NCBI RefSeq assembly: GCF_964194155.1 | Contig: NC_135898.1 | Span: 41,540,001-41,604,000 of the forward strand | Direction: 5' to 3' | Length of the DNA stretch: 64,000 nucleotides | DNA from: Cetorhinus maximus | Lineage: Eukaryota | Shown: positions 47,365 to 60,923 of the stretch, piece by piece | Layout: each line of letters opens with the position of its first letter | Numbering within the stretch: position 1 is the first letter of the stretch | The notes under the pieces: generated by a model | Database searches by the model: none | Seen by the model: the letters and a program-made list of their open reading frames with translations, nothing else | Told to the model about the DNA's origin: nothing | Made by a program: the position numbers and the translations under genes

Positions 47365-50300
47365 ATAAGTTCAGTCTCTCAGGCGGTTTCCTGATCTGGG
47401 TGGAACATTGTAGCTCCACGACTTTAGAGTCACTTACTGAATCTTCATTTTCTGGAACCAAAGCAACATCAGGTACCTCCTTAGGCTCAGGCAGTTCAGT
47501 GTTACCCACTCCGACAGAGACATCTGGCATGTCTATCCTTGGTTAATCAATCACAACGGGGACCACAGGTTCTACAATGGTTACAGGTGGAACAGCGGTT
47601 TCTTGGGGTATCTAACTTTTTCTCAAATGATCCACCTGTTTCGGGTGATCCGTCCCTCTGCTTTTACGTGGTATGACAAGGATCCAGTCACAGAACCTGT
47701 TACACCAGGTAACCAACTCGATCCACCACCAAAGTTTCCTGCAAATACTGTTTCACCGACAGTAAATTCTCGCTCTCAACTATGCAAATCATTTGTCACT
47801 TTTTGATTCCCTTGACTGTTCTCTACCTTCCCCTCCAAATTGGGAAGTACCAGGCTTAATCCTCATATGAACGCAGTGCTTCAATAAGTAATGTTAAAGA
47901 TGTTGAACCTATAGTAGTGTCGGGGGTCGTTCTATAGTGATACAGGAAAAATGTGAAAGTTTAGTTTCCAATGATCCTCCTGATAATTATTTTATCCCAA
48001 CTTTAAAAGTTTATACTGCTCTCTCAGCCAATCCATTAGACGACAGATGATACAGTGCTGTCTTTATGAGTTTGATACTATTCAGGCTCACAAATCTTTG
48101 AAATTCAGCACTAGTAAATGCAGCATCACTGTCTGAGACAATTACTTCTGACAGTCCATATATAGAAAAACTTTGGCGTAACTTTTCTGTAGTTGCACCT
48201 GACATTGGCGATCTAACTTCGTACGCGTCTAACCATTTGGAATGTGCATCAATTATTAGTAGGAACATGGTGCCTAGAAATGGACCTACATAATCTATAG
48301 GCAGTCTCACCCAGGGTCGACTAGGCCACTCCAACGTGTGCAGTGGGACTGCAACAGAGAACTTCTGTTGCTGCTGGCACTGGAGATGGTGTTTAACCAT
48401 TTTTTAAATATCACTGTCAATACCTGGCCACCTGATATAGCCCCTTGCAAACATTTTCATTTTGGAAATTCCAGGATATGCGCTAAGCAACTCCAGTTAA
48501 GAACGGTTCCCTTCCTTGTGAAGGAACAACGACTCATCCACCCCATAATAGGATACCATCCTGACTACTCAATTCATTCCTTTGAGTGAAGAATGGCTTC
48601 AATTTTGGGGGGACCGGTTCCTGGGTCCATCCTTTCAATACTTGGTCTCGTACTCTGGACAAGACTGGATCACTGATTGTCCAGTTTTTTATCTGTCTTG
48701 TGCAGACTGTCGAAGGATCCAGGAAATTCATTGCTAATACAATCTCTTGGAGAGTTGGGAGCATGTTCAATGCTCTCCTGAAAAGGAAGGCAACTTAGGG
48801 TATCTGCATTGGCTAGATGCATCCCTAGTCTGTGCATAAAAGTATATTCATATGCAGGTCAAATCAAAGCCCATTTTGAATTCTTGCGGAAGCTACGGGA
48901 GAGATAGCTTTTTCTTCGCTAAATAGACCCAAGGGTGGTTTGTGATCAGATACTATAGTAAAGTGTCAGCCACGTACATACTGATGGAATTTTTTAACTC
49001 CAAAAATAATCGATAATCCTTCTTTCTCGATTTGTGAATAACCTTTCTCTGCCTATTGGCCTTTTTGAACCATCGCCCATCTTGTGAGATAGTACTGCTC
49101 CCATGCCATAGGGGGACACGTCGCAAGTTAGCACCAATTCTTTTGTCGGGTTGTAGTGTACGAACAAGTTTGAAGAGTGCAAGAGCTGTTTAACTTTCAT
49201 GAAGGCTTCTTCTTGAGGTGACTTCCAAGACCAACGTTGGTTTTTATTTAATAATGAGTGTAGAGGGGATAGGACAGTTGATATGTTGGGTAGGAATCGA
49301 CCAAATTATTTACCATATCTAAGAATGACTTGGGCTCTGAGACATTTGTAGACGAGGGTGCCTCCTTAATAGCTTTAACGTTTTCTTCTACCGGATGTAA
49401 CCGTTGGGCATCCACCTGGTGGCCCAAGTAAACGACTTCACTTGCCTGAAAGATACACTTTTCCTTTTTCAAGAGCAGCCCTGCTTCCAAGAATCGTTTT
49501 AACGCTTCTTCCAACTTAGCCAAGTGTTCTGCTTCTGTTAACACAGTTACTAGGACGTCGTCCAGGTAAACCACAATTTGAGGTGGTCCTTGCAGCAAGC
49601 TCTCCACCATCCTCTAAGAAATTGTGTAGGCCAAAGAAACACCGAAAGGCAGGTGCATGTATTGATACAATACTTCGTGTGTGTTTATGGTTACAAATCC
49701 TCTGGACATATCATCCAGTTCCAGCTGCTGACAGTCCTGTTAATCTGGCGTACAGATCCTCAATCCTAGGGATAGGGTACTTGTCCAACTTGGCAGCCTT
49801 GTTTATTGCTAAATTGTAATCGCCACAAATACGGATGGTCTGATCTGATTTCAAGAAAGGGACTATAGGTGCTGCCCATTCCAAAAATTGAATTGGCTGA
49901 ATAGCTTCTCGAAACAGTTTAATTCAGTGTCAACCTTCTCTCTCAGGACATAAGGCACAGGCCTGGCTTTAAAAAAAATTTCAGAGTTAACATAGGTCTT
50001 AGCCTGCAGGGCTTTAATTTTCCCCAGTTTCTCTCGAAAGACCTTGTCATGTTACTTTAGCGGCTCTGGCAGTCCTCCAGCTCTCAGCTGGAAAATTTCA
50101 GACCAATTTAGTTTAATTTCTTTTAACCAATCATGACCTAGAAGGCTTGGTCCTTCACCTTTCATTACAATCACAATAAGCTGTGCTATCTGGTGCTTGC
50201 AATAAACAGGTACAATGGTAATATCTTTCACTTGTACGGCTTCACCAGTATACGTCTTCAATTTGGCTGAAGTCTACCCCATATTCAATTGTTGAGTACC

Positions 50301-51310
50301 CCTGTTTAAATATTTGAATGTGCGTTCCCCCACTATAGTGATTGATGCACCGGTCTCCACTTCCATAATCAAAGGTTTTCCACTGACCTGCAGAGTAACA
50401 GTGATTGGCTCTGCTTTCCCTACTTTCACATTAAATAGAGAATAAACATCGGAATTAGTAGTTCCCGATTCTTCCACATTATGTATTTCGATCAACTTAG
50501 TTTGCTGCCTGGTAGTCTGTCCCAATCTTGCTTTGCATTGCTTCAGTATATGCCCTCTTCTATGACAATAATGGCACTCCACTTCTTTAAAACGGCAAGT
50601 TGCAGGGATATGGTTACTTCCACATCGGTAACAATTCATTTTCAGATTTGCTGCTGAGCTGTCTCCTGTATTTTTTAAAAAAATTTCGGGTAGCAGGGAC
50701 TGTCTCCTGCTTTGCGGCTGACTCCCTGACTTTTGCGACACACCCAGCACCACACCCGCCCAACTGGAAAACGGCACTATTTTGTACACCATGAGGCCTG
50801 TGAACCCCGCTTAGCACTTTCCATCACAAGCGCTATTTCCAATGCTCTTTTAAAATCGATATTTACTTCAGCTAATAAACATCATTGAATGGCATCATCT
50901 TGCACATTGCAGGCCAAATGATCCCTTAACATATAATTTAGGGTCTCCTTGAATTCAGTGTTTAGTTAGCTGCTTTATCTTCACTACATATGTGGCTATG
51001 GTCTCCCATGGGGCTCTTACTCTCGAATTAAATTTGAACCTCTGCATGATTACGGAGGGTTTGGGTTGAAAATTACGCTTTATGAGGGTCTACCAATTTG
51101 CTGAAGGTCTTCAAATCAGAAGCGTTCAGGGCCATCAAACTACAGATTAAACTATAAGTTTTACTCCCACAGACACTTAGGAGAATTGCTTTCCTTTCTT
51201 CCTCCACCGTTATTATGTTTGCTTGGAAAAAGAAACCGAGATGTTCTATTTTTGGACTCCAATCCTTTGTGGATAAGTCGAAGGGGTCGATCCTGCCAAA
51301 AACTGGCACA
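47365..51310 (-). pseudogene. gag-pol polyprotein pseudogene
   Basis: gag PVFGRIDPFD..ILLSVCGSKTY; knuckles CYRCGSNHIPATC and CHYCHRRGHILKQC; protease MEVETGAS (catalytic D to E); RT YLDD; RNase H LTCDVSPYGMGAVL; integrase IDYVGPF..IDAHSKW..SNGLAERAV; many stops and frameshifts. Confidence 0.93.
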
Positions 51311-51401
51311 CCTGGTAAGTATATCTTCCCTTTCTTCTCTTTAAAACAAGAAAACACTGGGTGAAGGACAGTGCCGGAACCAATTTATCTTTGTTGTGAG
51401 T

Positions 51402-51606
51402 TGTTATAGACTTGATTTTCCAGACAAGTTTCTCATAAGAAACAGTGAACTTTATTTACAGGGCTCCAGCAGCAGTTACATGCTTCCATCAAGATCCACA
51501 ACTAGACTCAAAAAAACTCAACCCCTAATGATCCCCGCACTTAGGGTTGATTCATTCACACTGTCATGTGATACAGCACAGGATAAGCCTTAAAGCTACA
51601 ATCACT
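51402..51606 (-). repeat. 5' LTR
   Basis: Direct repeat of 47063-47273, roughly 88-90% identical by hand count; the outer terminal ACA is missing; the adjacent PBS region is degenerate (ACTCACAACAAAGAT). Confidence 0.93.
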
Positions 51607-51859
51607 GCTTCAAATGCAAATCACCATGAAGAGCATGAGATGAGTGAACATACCGATAGGCATTACGGTAATATTGAGCAGGTCCTGAAGCTTTCATTTG
51701 AAAGCCATGCACAAAACTTGTTCTAGTAAGGAATGTGTTATAGTGAATCTTCGTTTTAAGTTGTTCATTTCAACGTCATTTCGATAAAATGTTGTGTTTT
51801 TAACAGTGTTGCCTTTAGTGTTGTGGATTCACCTTAACCTTGTTTCCGGCAGGGTTTTT

Positions 51860-52856
51860 TAAAAATTTATTCACGGGATGTTGGCTTCGCTGGCTGGGCC
51901 GGCATTTATTGCCCATCCCTAGTTGCCCTTGAGAAGGTGGTGGTGAGCTGCCTTCTTGAACCACTGCAGTAGGTACATCCACAGTGCTGTTAGGGAGGGA
52001 GTTCCAGGATTCTGTCCAGCGATGGTGAAAAAAACGGCGATATATTTCCAAGTCAGGGTTGTGAGTGACTTGGAAGGGAATTTGCAGGTGGTGGTGTTCC
52101 CATCTATGCTGCCCCTGTCCTTCTAGATGGTAGCGGTCATGGGTTTGGAAGGTGCTGCCTTGGTGGATTCCTGCAGTGCATCTTGTAGATGGTACACACT
52201 GCTGCAACTGTGCATTGGTGGTGGAGGGAGTGAATGTTTATGGATGGGGTGCTGATCAAGTAGCTGCTTTGTCCTGGATGGTGTCAAGTTTCTTGAGTGT
52301 TGTTGGAGCCAGGCAAGTGGACAGTATTCCATCACACTCCTGACTTGTGCCTTGTAGATGGTGGACAGGCTTTGAAGAGTTGGAAGGTGAGTTACTCGTC
52401 ACAGGAATCCTAGCCTCTGACCTGCTCTTGCAGCCACAGTATTTACATGGCTAGTCCAGTTCAGTTTCTGGTCAATGGTAAATCCCAGGGTGTTGATCGT
52501 GGGAGATTCAGTGATGGTAATGTCTTTGAACATCAAGGGGCAATGGTTAGATTCTCTCTTGTTGGAGATGGTCATTGCCTGGCACTTGTGTGGCGTGAAT
52601 GTTACTTGCCACTTGTCAGCCCAAGCCTGGATATTATCCAGATCTTGCTGCACTTGAACATGAACTGCTTCAGTATCTGCGGAGTCGCGAATGGTGCTGA
52701 ACATTGTGCAATCATCAGTGAACATCCCCACTTCTGACCTTATGCTGGAAGGAAGGTCATTGATGAAGCAGCTGAAGATGGTTGGGCCTAGGACACTACC
52801 CTGAGGAACTCCTGCAGTGATTTCCTGGAGCTGACCTCCAACAACTACAACCATCT
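51860..52856 (-). mobile_element. CR1-clade LINE, 3' half of RT plus 3' UTR
   Basis: GVPQGSVLGPTIFSCFINDL, MFTDDCT, DQKLNW; same family as 60924-61575. Confidence 0.92.
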
Positions 52857-52976
52857 TGCAGGGTGTGACATAGGCTCATGTGATCAGGACCATTTTGGAG
52901 GGGGCAGTCCCACCTCCCGAACCTCCCGTATGACCTCAGCCCTCCCACTCATTAGCCAACTCTCCCGTTTGCTGAC

Positions 52977-53032
52977 CCCTCCCACTGGCCAGCCCTCCCA
53001 CTGGCCAGCCCTCCCACTGGCCAGCCCTCCCA
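52977..53032. repeat. 16-bp tandem repeat x3.5
   Basis: CCCTCCCACTGGCCAG repeated perfectly three times, plus a partial copy. Confidence 0.9.
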
Positions 53033-53654
53033 CACGCCGCCGGCTTGTGGCTTACATCCATGACTGTGCAATTCAAAGCCGCTCTCACTTTGTAGGTTGC
53101 TTCCTGCCTCTCGCCACTCATCTCAAGTCCTCGTCCACAGCGAGAGGGAGGGTCGGTGAGCAGGAGTGTCTGGCGGCGGCAGGGTCAGTGGTGGCTGGGA
53201 GGGTTGGGGAGCACAATCGGCGGTGAACTGGAGAGTTGCAGAGTGGAAGGGATAGTGAGCGGAAGGTAAGTAGAGAGCATATTTCTTTTATATTTTAAAA
53301 TTTATTTTAAAAGTTATTTCATTTATAAATTTAGTAATTTAGCCAAGAACAGTATTTAAACCTACAGGGCATAATGTTTTAATTCTTTTTTCAGATAGGG
53401 AAGATCCTACAGAACCTAACTACAACTTTTAAATTGGTTGTAATGAGGAAATCTGATTTGCTTAACGTTGTTTCATTTAAAGATACACTTTTGGGGAACA
53501 CAACTACAATGTTAATTTATACAGAGGTAATGATTTCCCTCCTAATGAAGAACCCATAAACAATGTACATCGTATGTCGAGCCGAAGCATGAGTCAGAAT
53601 CACTAGTCAGGAGCTATGATTTCCATGCATGATTAGATCTCACAACATTTCTGC

Positions 53655-53970
53655 AATTTGCATTTATATAGGGCTTTTAATGTAGAAAATGTCCCAAAGC
53701 GCTTCACAGAGGCATAATAAAAAAATAATTGTGATAAAAATTGTTGTGATATAAACAATAAAAACTGACTGCCAAGTAGTGGTAAAGATTGTAAGATGAG
53801 TAACTAAAAGCTAGGTCAATAAGATGAGTTTGAAGTAAGGTCTTAAAGTGGGAGAGGGAGCTGGCAAGAGGGAGGGGTTTAGGGAGAGAATTCTATGCTG
53901 CAAGGACGAGGCAGCTAAAGGAAGGCATGACCACCAATTATGAGGTACAGGATCTGGAGAATCTCAAGAG
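53655..53970 (-). mobile_element. L2 LINE 3' fragment
   Basis: TTGCATTTATATAGGGCTTTTAATGTAG..ATGTCCCAAAGCGCTTCACAG...GGTTTAGGGAGAGAATTC. Confidence 0.7.
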
Positions 53971-55143
53971 GCATTTAAATTAAGCATTTTAATATAGTTC
54001 TCATTTTGATGAGGTCATTTACATAAGATCTACAAGGATGTTTGAATATCATGATGAAAAAGGCCCCATTTGCAGTTCTATTGCCCACAGAAATCCAATG
54101 TAGCTCTCTGTAATTTTGTCTTGATGCTCGTGGTGTTTCAAAACATTGATGTACACTAAGGCAAAACCCAAATGAGCAATCAGAACATCATCACTAATGA
54201 AAAATCACATGGCTTAACACTATGTTTTATTAAAACAGAAATGGGCCTTAGAAATCTACAATGAGATGCATCTTAAGCATTTGAGTCATCTTAAACCATA
54301 AACTTGAGCCTTGTCATCACTCCTTTTCTTTCAACCTGCTGGTTTTTCATGAGGGATCATGTGTATAGTTATTAACAGGGAAGGCCCATCACAGCCTTAC
54401 CTGAAGGAAGTGCAATTCTATCCAAAGCTAGTGTATTTTTTTTTAAAGTCTGGGATTGATCACTTTAAGTCTGCAACTGGTGTCTGCATAACATTGCATT
54501 GTACTGCTTGCCGCAGTTCTTTGCTCTGATTCAGAGTGACTAAGACTGAACAGTGGAGAAGATCAGCACCTCCACACTTGCTGGTTTCAATACCAGTGGC
54601 CTTCCAGGAACCGCATTAGAAATGTAGCTTTTGTTTATTGCAGGTCATATTCTTTAAACATGTAACACATAGAGTGAGAAGTCACTGCAGCTCCATATTC
54701 ATGGACTAATTCAGCAGATTGAATTGTGGAAAAGGTATACATGACGCCTTTCTTTGTGAATTTTCATTAGTCACAATGGCGTACTGTTCAACCACTTGGG
54801 ATGAAATCATTAAACAATAAACATTTCCCTATCAACAGATGGATCTTTAGGGATTCCAGCAATGGTCCAGAATCCCCCATGTGTGCTAATTTTCTGCAGA
54901 AATCAGGTAAGGCAAGTGATTAGTTTGAATTGAGCCACGAGGAAAAGCCACTTCACTAAATATGCAGTTGTTAACCAGGAGGAGATAAATACAACCACAA
55001 TAATGAGATCAGCTTTCAAAATAACATTCTTTTAAGAATAGGGGGCCAGATATTTAGAATGTCTACCGTAATGGTAGTTTTGGCTGTTTGTTGGTGGGAC
55101 TGTAGGCTAAAGCAGTGAGAAAACAAAATCAAACATCAGCCTG

Positions 55144-57290
55144 CATTTAATGTAGTAGACTGCAATATAGCAGACCGCAGTCTACATTTAATGGATTAGA
55201 CTGCAATATAGCAGACTGCAGTCTACAATTAATGGATTAGACTGCAATGTAGCAGACTTTAGTCTACATTTAATGGCTTAGACTGCAACATGGCAGACTG
55301 CAGACTACATTTAATGGATTAGACTGCAATGTAGAGACTGCAGTCGACATTTAATGGATAAGACTGCAATGTAGCAGACTGCAGTCTACATTTAATGGAT
55401 TAGACTGCAATGTAGCAGACTACAGTCTACATTTAATGGATTAGACTGCAATGTAGAGACTGCAGTCTACATTTAATGGATTAGACTGCAATGTAGTAGA
55501 CTACAGTTTACATTTAATGCATTAGACTGCAATGTAGCAGACTGCAGTCTACATTTAATGGATTAGACTGCAATGTAGCAGACTACAGTCTATATTTAAT
55601 GGATTAGACTGCAATGTAGAGACTGCGTCTACATTTAATGGATTAGACTGCAATGTAGCAGACTACAGTCTATATTTAATGGATTAGACTGCAATGTAGA
55701 GACTGCGTCTACATTTAATGGATTAGACTGCAATGTAGCAGACTGCAGTCTACATTTAATGGATTAGACGGCAATGTAGAGACTGCAGTCTACATTTAAT
55801 GGATTAGACTGCAATGTAGAGACTGCAGTCTACATTTAATGGATTAGACTGCAATGTAGAGACTGCAGTCTACATTTAATGGATTAGACTGCAATGTAGC
55901 AGACTACAGTCTATATTTAATGGATAAGACTGCAATGTAGCAGACTGCAGTCTACATTAAATGGATTAGACTGCAATGTAGCCGACTACAGTCTACATTT
56001 AATGGATTAGACTACAATGTAGCAGACTGCAGTCGACATTTAATGGATTAGACTGCAATGTAGAGACTGCAGTCTACATTTAATGGATTAGACTGCAATA
56101 TAGCAGACTGCAGTCTACATTTAATGTAGTAGTTGGCAATATAGCAGACTGCAGTCTACATTTAATGTAGCAGACGGCAATATAGCAGACTGCGGTCTAC
56201 ATTTAATGGATTAGACTACAATGTAGAGACTGCGGTCTACAGTTAATGGATTAGACTGCAATGTAGCAGACTGCAGTCTACATTTAATGTAGTAGACGGC
56301 AATATAGCAGACTGCAGTCTACATTTAATGTAGCAGACGGCAATATAGCAGACTGAAGTCTACAGTTAATGGATTAGACTGCAATGTAGAGACTGCAGTC
56401 CACATTTAATGGATTAGACTGCAATATAGCAGACTGCAATCTACATTTAATGTAGCAGACAGCAATATAGCAGACTGCAGTCTACATTTAATGGATTAGA
56501 CTGCAATGTAGAGACTGCAGTCTACATTTAATGGATTAGACTGCAATGTAGAGACTGCAGTCTACATTTAATGGATTAGACTGCAATGTAGCAGACTGCA
56601 GTCTACATTTAATGGATTAGACTGCAATGTAGCAGACTGCAGTCTACATTTAATGGATTAGACTGCAATGTAGCAGACTGCAGTCTGTATTTAATGGATT
56701 AGACTGCAATGTAGCAGACTGCAGTCTGTATTTAATGGATTAGACTGCAATGTAGCAGACTGCAGTCTGTATTTAATGGATTAGACTGCAATGTAGCAGA
56801 CTGCAGTCTACATTTAATGGATTAGACTGCAATGTAGCAGACTGCAGTCTACATTTAATGGATTAGACTGCAATGTAGCAGACTGCAGTCTACATTTAAT
56901 GGATTAGACTGCAATGTAGCAGACTGCAGTCTGTATTTAATGGATTAGACTGCAATGTAGCAGACTGCAGTCTACATTTAATGGATTAGACTGCAATGTA
57001 GCAGACTGCAGTCTACATTTAATGGATTAGACTGCAATGTAGCAGACTGCAGTCTACATTTAATGGATTAGACTGCAATGTAGCAGACTGCAGTCTACAT
57101 TTAATGGATTAGACTGCAATGTAGCAGACTGCAGTCTACATTTAATGGATTAGACTGCAATGCAGCAGACTGCAGTCTACATTTAATGGATTAGACTGCA
57201 ATGTAGCAGACTACAGTCTATATTTAATGTAGTAGAGTGCAATGTAGCAGACTGCAGTCTACTTTTAATATTACAGACGGCAGTCTGTAC
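55144..57290. repeat. 41-bp minisatellite (about 52 units) with a palindromic unit
   Basis: Consensus AGACTGCAGTCTACATTTAATGGATTAGACTGCAATGTAGC; 40- and 39-bp variants; no unique spacers. Confidence 0.97.
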
Positions 57291-57814
57291 TGTTAGATTG
57301 TTTTCCCAACAGCCAGTGTTGGGGTGAATCACAGCTTGCTCCAGATCTTCATCTTCCTCATCCACAACAACAACAGACAACCAGTGCCAACAAAAACATG
57401 CACATATATACCAATTTTAACATAGTTAAAAAAATCTGAAGGTGCTTCACAGAAATGTAGTCAGACAAAATTTTAACAGAAGCTCAATTTCAGAAAGAGT
57501 GGAGTTATCATCTTTGGTTCTTTGTCACTGATTCCATCTCCCTCAGTAGTCACTTGTTTATAGTTTCAGCCAGACCATTGGAAGCCCTGTTTGTTCCCAT
57601 GTTTAATTTTAGATCCCACATCCCTTGCACAACAAAGAAATCTTAGCTCCAACTTGGCATCTTTATCTCAGTCTCTTTGCTGCTTTTACCACCACCATAC
57701 TCGACTCCTCTAATGCTCCCCTCTCTAGCTTCCCAACTGCCACAAACTCCATTATGTCCAAACCCCTGCTGCACAGATCCTGCTCCACACCAAAGGCTGG
57801 CTTGGAGGCAGGGG

Positions 57815-58389
57815 AGGGGGTTGGGGGAACAGGAAAATAGTGGGGACAGCTCCCTCATGCATTCCTGCCACCAGGGAAGTTTCTCACAGGGAGGTTGGAA
57901 TTGGGATTGGCTAATCAGGCAGCCAATTAACATTGTTAACACCCAAGTTAGAGGTGATTTTCTGGCCTCATTGGCATTTTGCCAGCGGAGAGGTCCCTCG
58001 CTTAATGGAGGTGGCCTCCCTGCAGTAGACCGGGCAGGGGCCATTGGAGTCGGAGGCTCCATCCCCCACTGATTGGGGTCATGAGCATCAAAAACTCCCC
58101 TGCTGCTCCAACAATCCCACTTGAGGATTGCCTCCCAATTGGAGGGGCCTCCGAGGCCACCTCCATGTTGAGGCACTCTCATGGTCTCTGATCTGCCTTA
58201 GCACACTCACCTCCCCTGATGAGGCCACAAAGGCTCCAGAGCCGTCGGCCCTCCAATTGGGCAAGGGGCATTTGGAACCTGCTTACCATCCTCAATAGGA
58301 TGGCAAACTTGGTGCCAGCTAATGCAGGCCACCTCTGGGAGGATTGTGCAGGATGTCAGCGTCCTGAAGTCTACGGGAAAATGCTGCCC
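57815..58389. mobile_element. Harbinger-type MITE remnant
   Basis: Right terminus GGGAAAATGCTGCCC; interior CAATTAAC/CCCAATTGG motifs resemble the other MITEs; left terminus not clear. Confidence 0.45.
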
Positions 58390-60923
58390 TAAGCCTTGTT
58401 CACTCATCACTCACATTAACCTACATCCACTGTCCTACAAAACATTAAAACTAAAACCTTCATTCACATGCCTCATTGGCCTCATCACATCATATTTTTA
58501 CAATCTCCTCCAGCTAGGTACCCCCCACCCCAAACACTGCTCTGCTCTAATGCTGGTATCAGCTGACCAACGAAAGCCAAGTAAAGAGGCTGGCACATGC
58601 CTGGCTGGGGCAGCGGGGGAGGATGGGTAGTAGTGTTGGGCATTGTCTTGCAGGTGATACAGCGGTAGGGTAGAGCATCAGAATTCCAAACTTTACTTTT
58701 ATGTCTTTATCTCATTGACAGGCATTACTGATTGGGCAAAACACTGGGATCCTATTGACATAATTGAACTCCAGTTTGCAAGTACTTATGAGACACCTAC
58801 CCGAGTCAGGCTGGCACCTCAGCCAATCACAGGGCCCGGACACCACCCACTGGCATCAAAGTGTGTTGCAGAGTAAGGATGAGGTAGTGGGGGCTATTTT
58901 GCCAGTGAGATAAGGAGCTATTCAGCATCAGCAGTGACCTAGATTTTATCATTACGGGCGATTTACACACAGGCAAAAATCAGCGGCAAGCTACAAACAC
59001 AAAAATCAACTTAATTTAGCTTTTTTTTTTATAGAGACAATACAGGAACTTTCAACTCGCCCACTGTTTTAATGCAATGACTGAATTTGAATATTATATT
59101 GTTAAATATTATTATAGTAATTTAGCTGAAGCTTTTATCCAAACCAAATTTGAAACAATGATGACAAATGCTATTCTGAAGGCTATTCCAAAGAATTTTG
59201 GAATTCTTGCTGCAGACCGGATGAAATTGAGCAACGGGCCAGATCCAGCCCATAGGCTGTAGCTTCTCCACCCCTGTTCAAGGGCCTTGTTGAACTCTCG
59301 CCTACACAGTAGGGGGATCAATATTGCCTTCACAACATTAATGATTTGAAGTTCCAGGTAGTCTCAATTCAGTTCCCCAAGGATTTCAGCCCATAGAAAA
59401 GAACTAATTGGCTTTATTTCAGCCATCTCACTTGCAGGCATTATAAGACTAGACAGTGTGGGAAAAGAAGCAGCAGACTGTGCACTGGACTTGGCTGTTA
59501 TGATTTGGAGATTGTGCAGAAATCTTCTTGCACTGTACGTGGCCCAGTTTCTGCTTAACTGAAAAATCACCAAATACTTCAGACCTGATGCAAGCACTCT
59601 TCCGCTACAAAAACTCACAGAAGACCTTTGTGTTTCATCCTACGTATTTGACTTTTAAACACATATTCTGATAGAAGTCCCTGTGATAACGCATATAAAA
59701 ATCAATTAATTACATGCTTGTGATAAGATAAATATGGAAACTATTTCTGTGCTATCCAACAACTGTCACACTTCAGTCAAACACCGGCATGCACCAGTTG
59801 GACCGAATGATTTGTTTCCATGCTGTAAATTTGATGTAATCTTACTGTAGCTGTTATACACTTTAGTTAACAGTACAGAACTGATATGATAAAAGAGCTT
59901 TTATTCTTCCCCCACAGAAAAGGCAATGGGGAATAGGAAAACAGTCTAATTGCTGTGTTGATATGAGATACATGAGTTACATCACACTGGCATCCTGACT
60001 AACTGGTGAAAGCAGTAACATCTGCAGATAGTGACTCAGCTTATGGGACAATGCAAAGTGGATTCAAGATTTGGTTAAATAAAATAAACAAACAAAATCT
60101 GTTAATAACTTGGACCAAGTGGGAATGTTCAGTCCATACTTTATAGATATCAGAATTTGTCGGTAAAGTTTTTCCAGAGCTCATGAGTGAGATAAAATGG
60201 TAATTACTGAGATGTGTAAAATTGGGTAAGAGAAAATGATAGAAATAGAAATTTTTCTAAAATCATTTTCTTCAGAGATAATGGGTGAGCTGGTATAAAT
60301 ATAAAAGTGGTGAGGGGAAGATATGTGAGCGCATTCATAAATCACCTGGACATAATTCACCAAAAGTATCACCGGTATTAATGAACATTCTAGTGAAAGT
60401 CAGGGAATTGTAGATGAGGCTGATTAATTAATATCTTTGTCTTCGAGATGTTTGTGATATTGCTGCTAGTGATAGTGAACAGTAACAAATTGCATCCAAC
60501 AGCCTAGTCACAAGTCGAATCATCAGGACCATGTAGAGAGAGATAGGCAAAGATCTCTAGACACCCCCTTAATCTCATGAAAACCAACTGAAAAGACCAA
60601 GAACAGTTGATATCCATAGTCACTTGTGGCATGATTTTGAGATATCAGTGTGTCTGCAAATGTGATATGTTTCATGTGAGGCAACTAGCATGTAGAAATG
60701 CATGGTGATGCACTGAAAACATGCTCAATTGCTTGATAAAGCACAACATAAAATGCAGCTCAGGAGATTAAAAAAAACCTTTTAATCAACTGGCACATGC
60801 TCCATACAGAAACAGAATTTTAACCAAGATAGAGTTAAACACGGAAATATCACTAACAGATGGATTCGAATTACAATAAAAAGAGAGACAGAATTAAAAT
60901 TTTGTTTCAGTATGGAGCATGTG

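Larger units (their letters stand above)
47063..51609 (-). mobile_element. Full-length decayed Ty3/Gypsy LTR retrotransposon (Mag-like: two zinc knuckles, short LTRs)
   Basis: Two ~210-bp LTRs, PPT, and gag-PR-RT-RNaseH-IN order; candidate 4-bp TSD TGCT (47059-47062 / 51606-51609). Confidence 0.95.

Noticed and set aside
51740-53515. Tigger/mariner-like element enclosing the LINE at 51860-52856
   Set aside because: The ends only vaguely resemble such termini, and no clear TIR pair or TA duplication could be shown by eye.
55144-57290. CRISPR-like array (regular ~41-bp period with a palindromic repeat)
   Set aside because: The sequence between palindromes is itself repeated, so there are no unique spacers; no cas genes; vertebrate context. 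It is a minisatellite.
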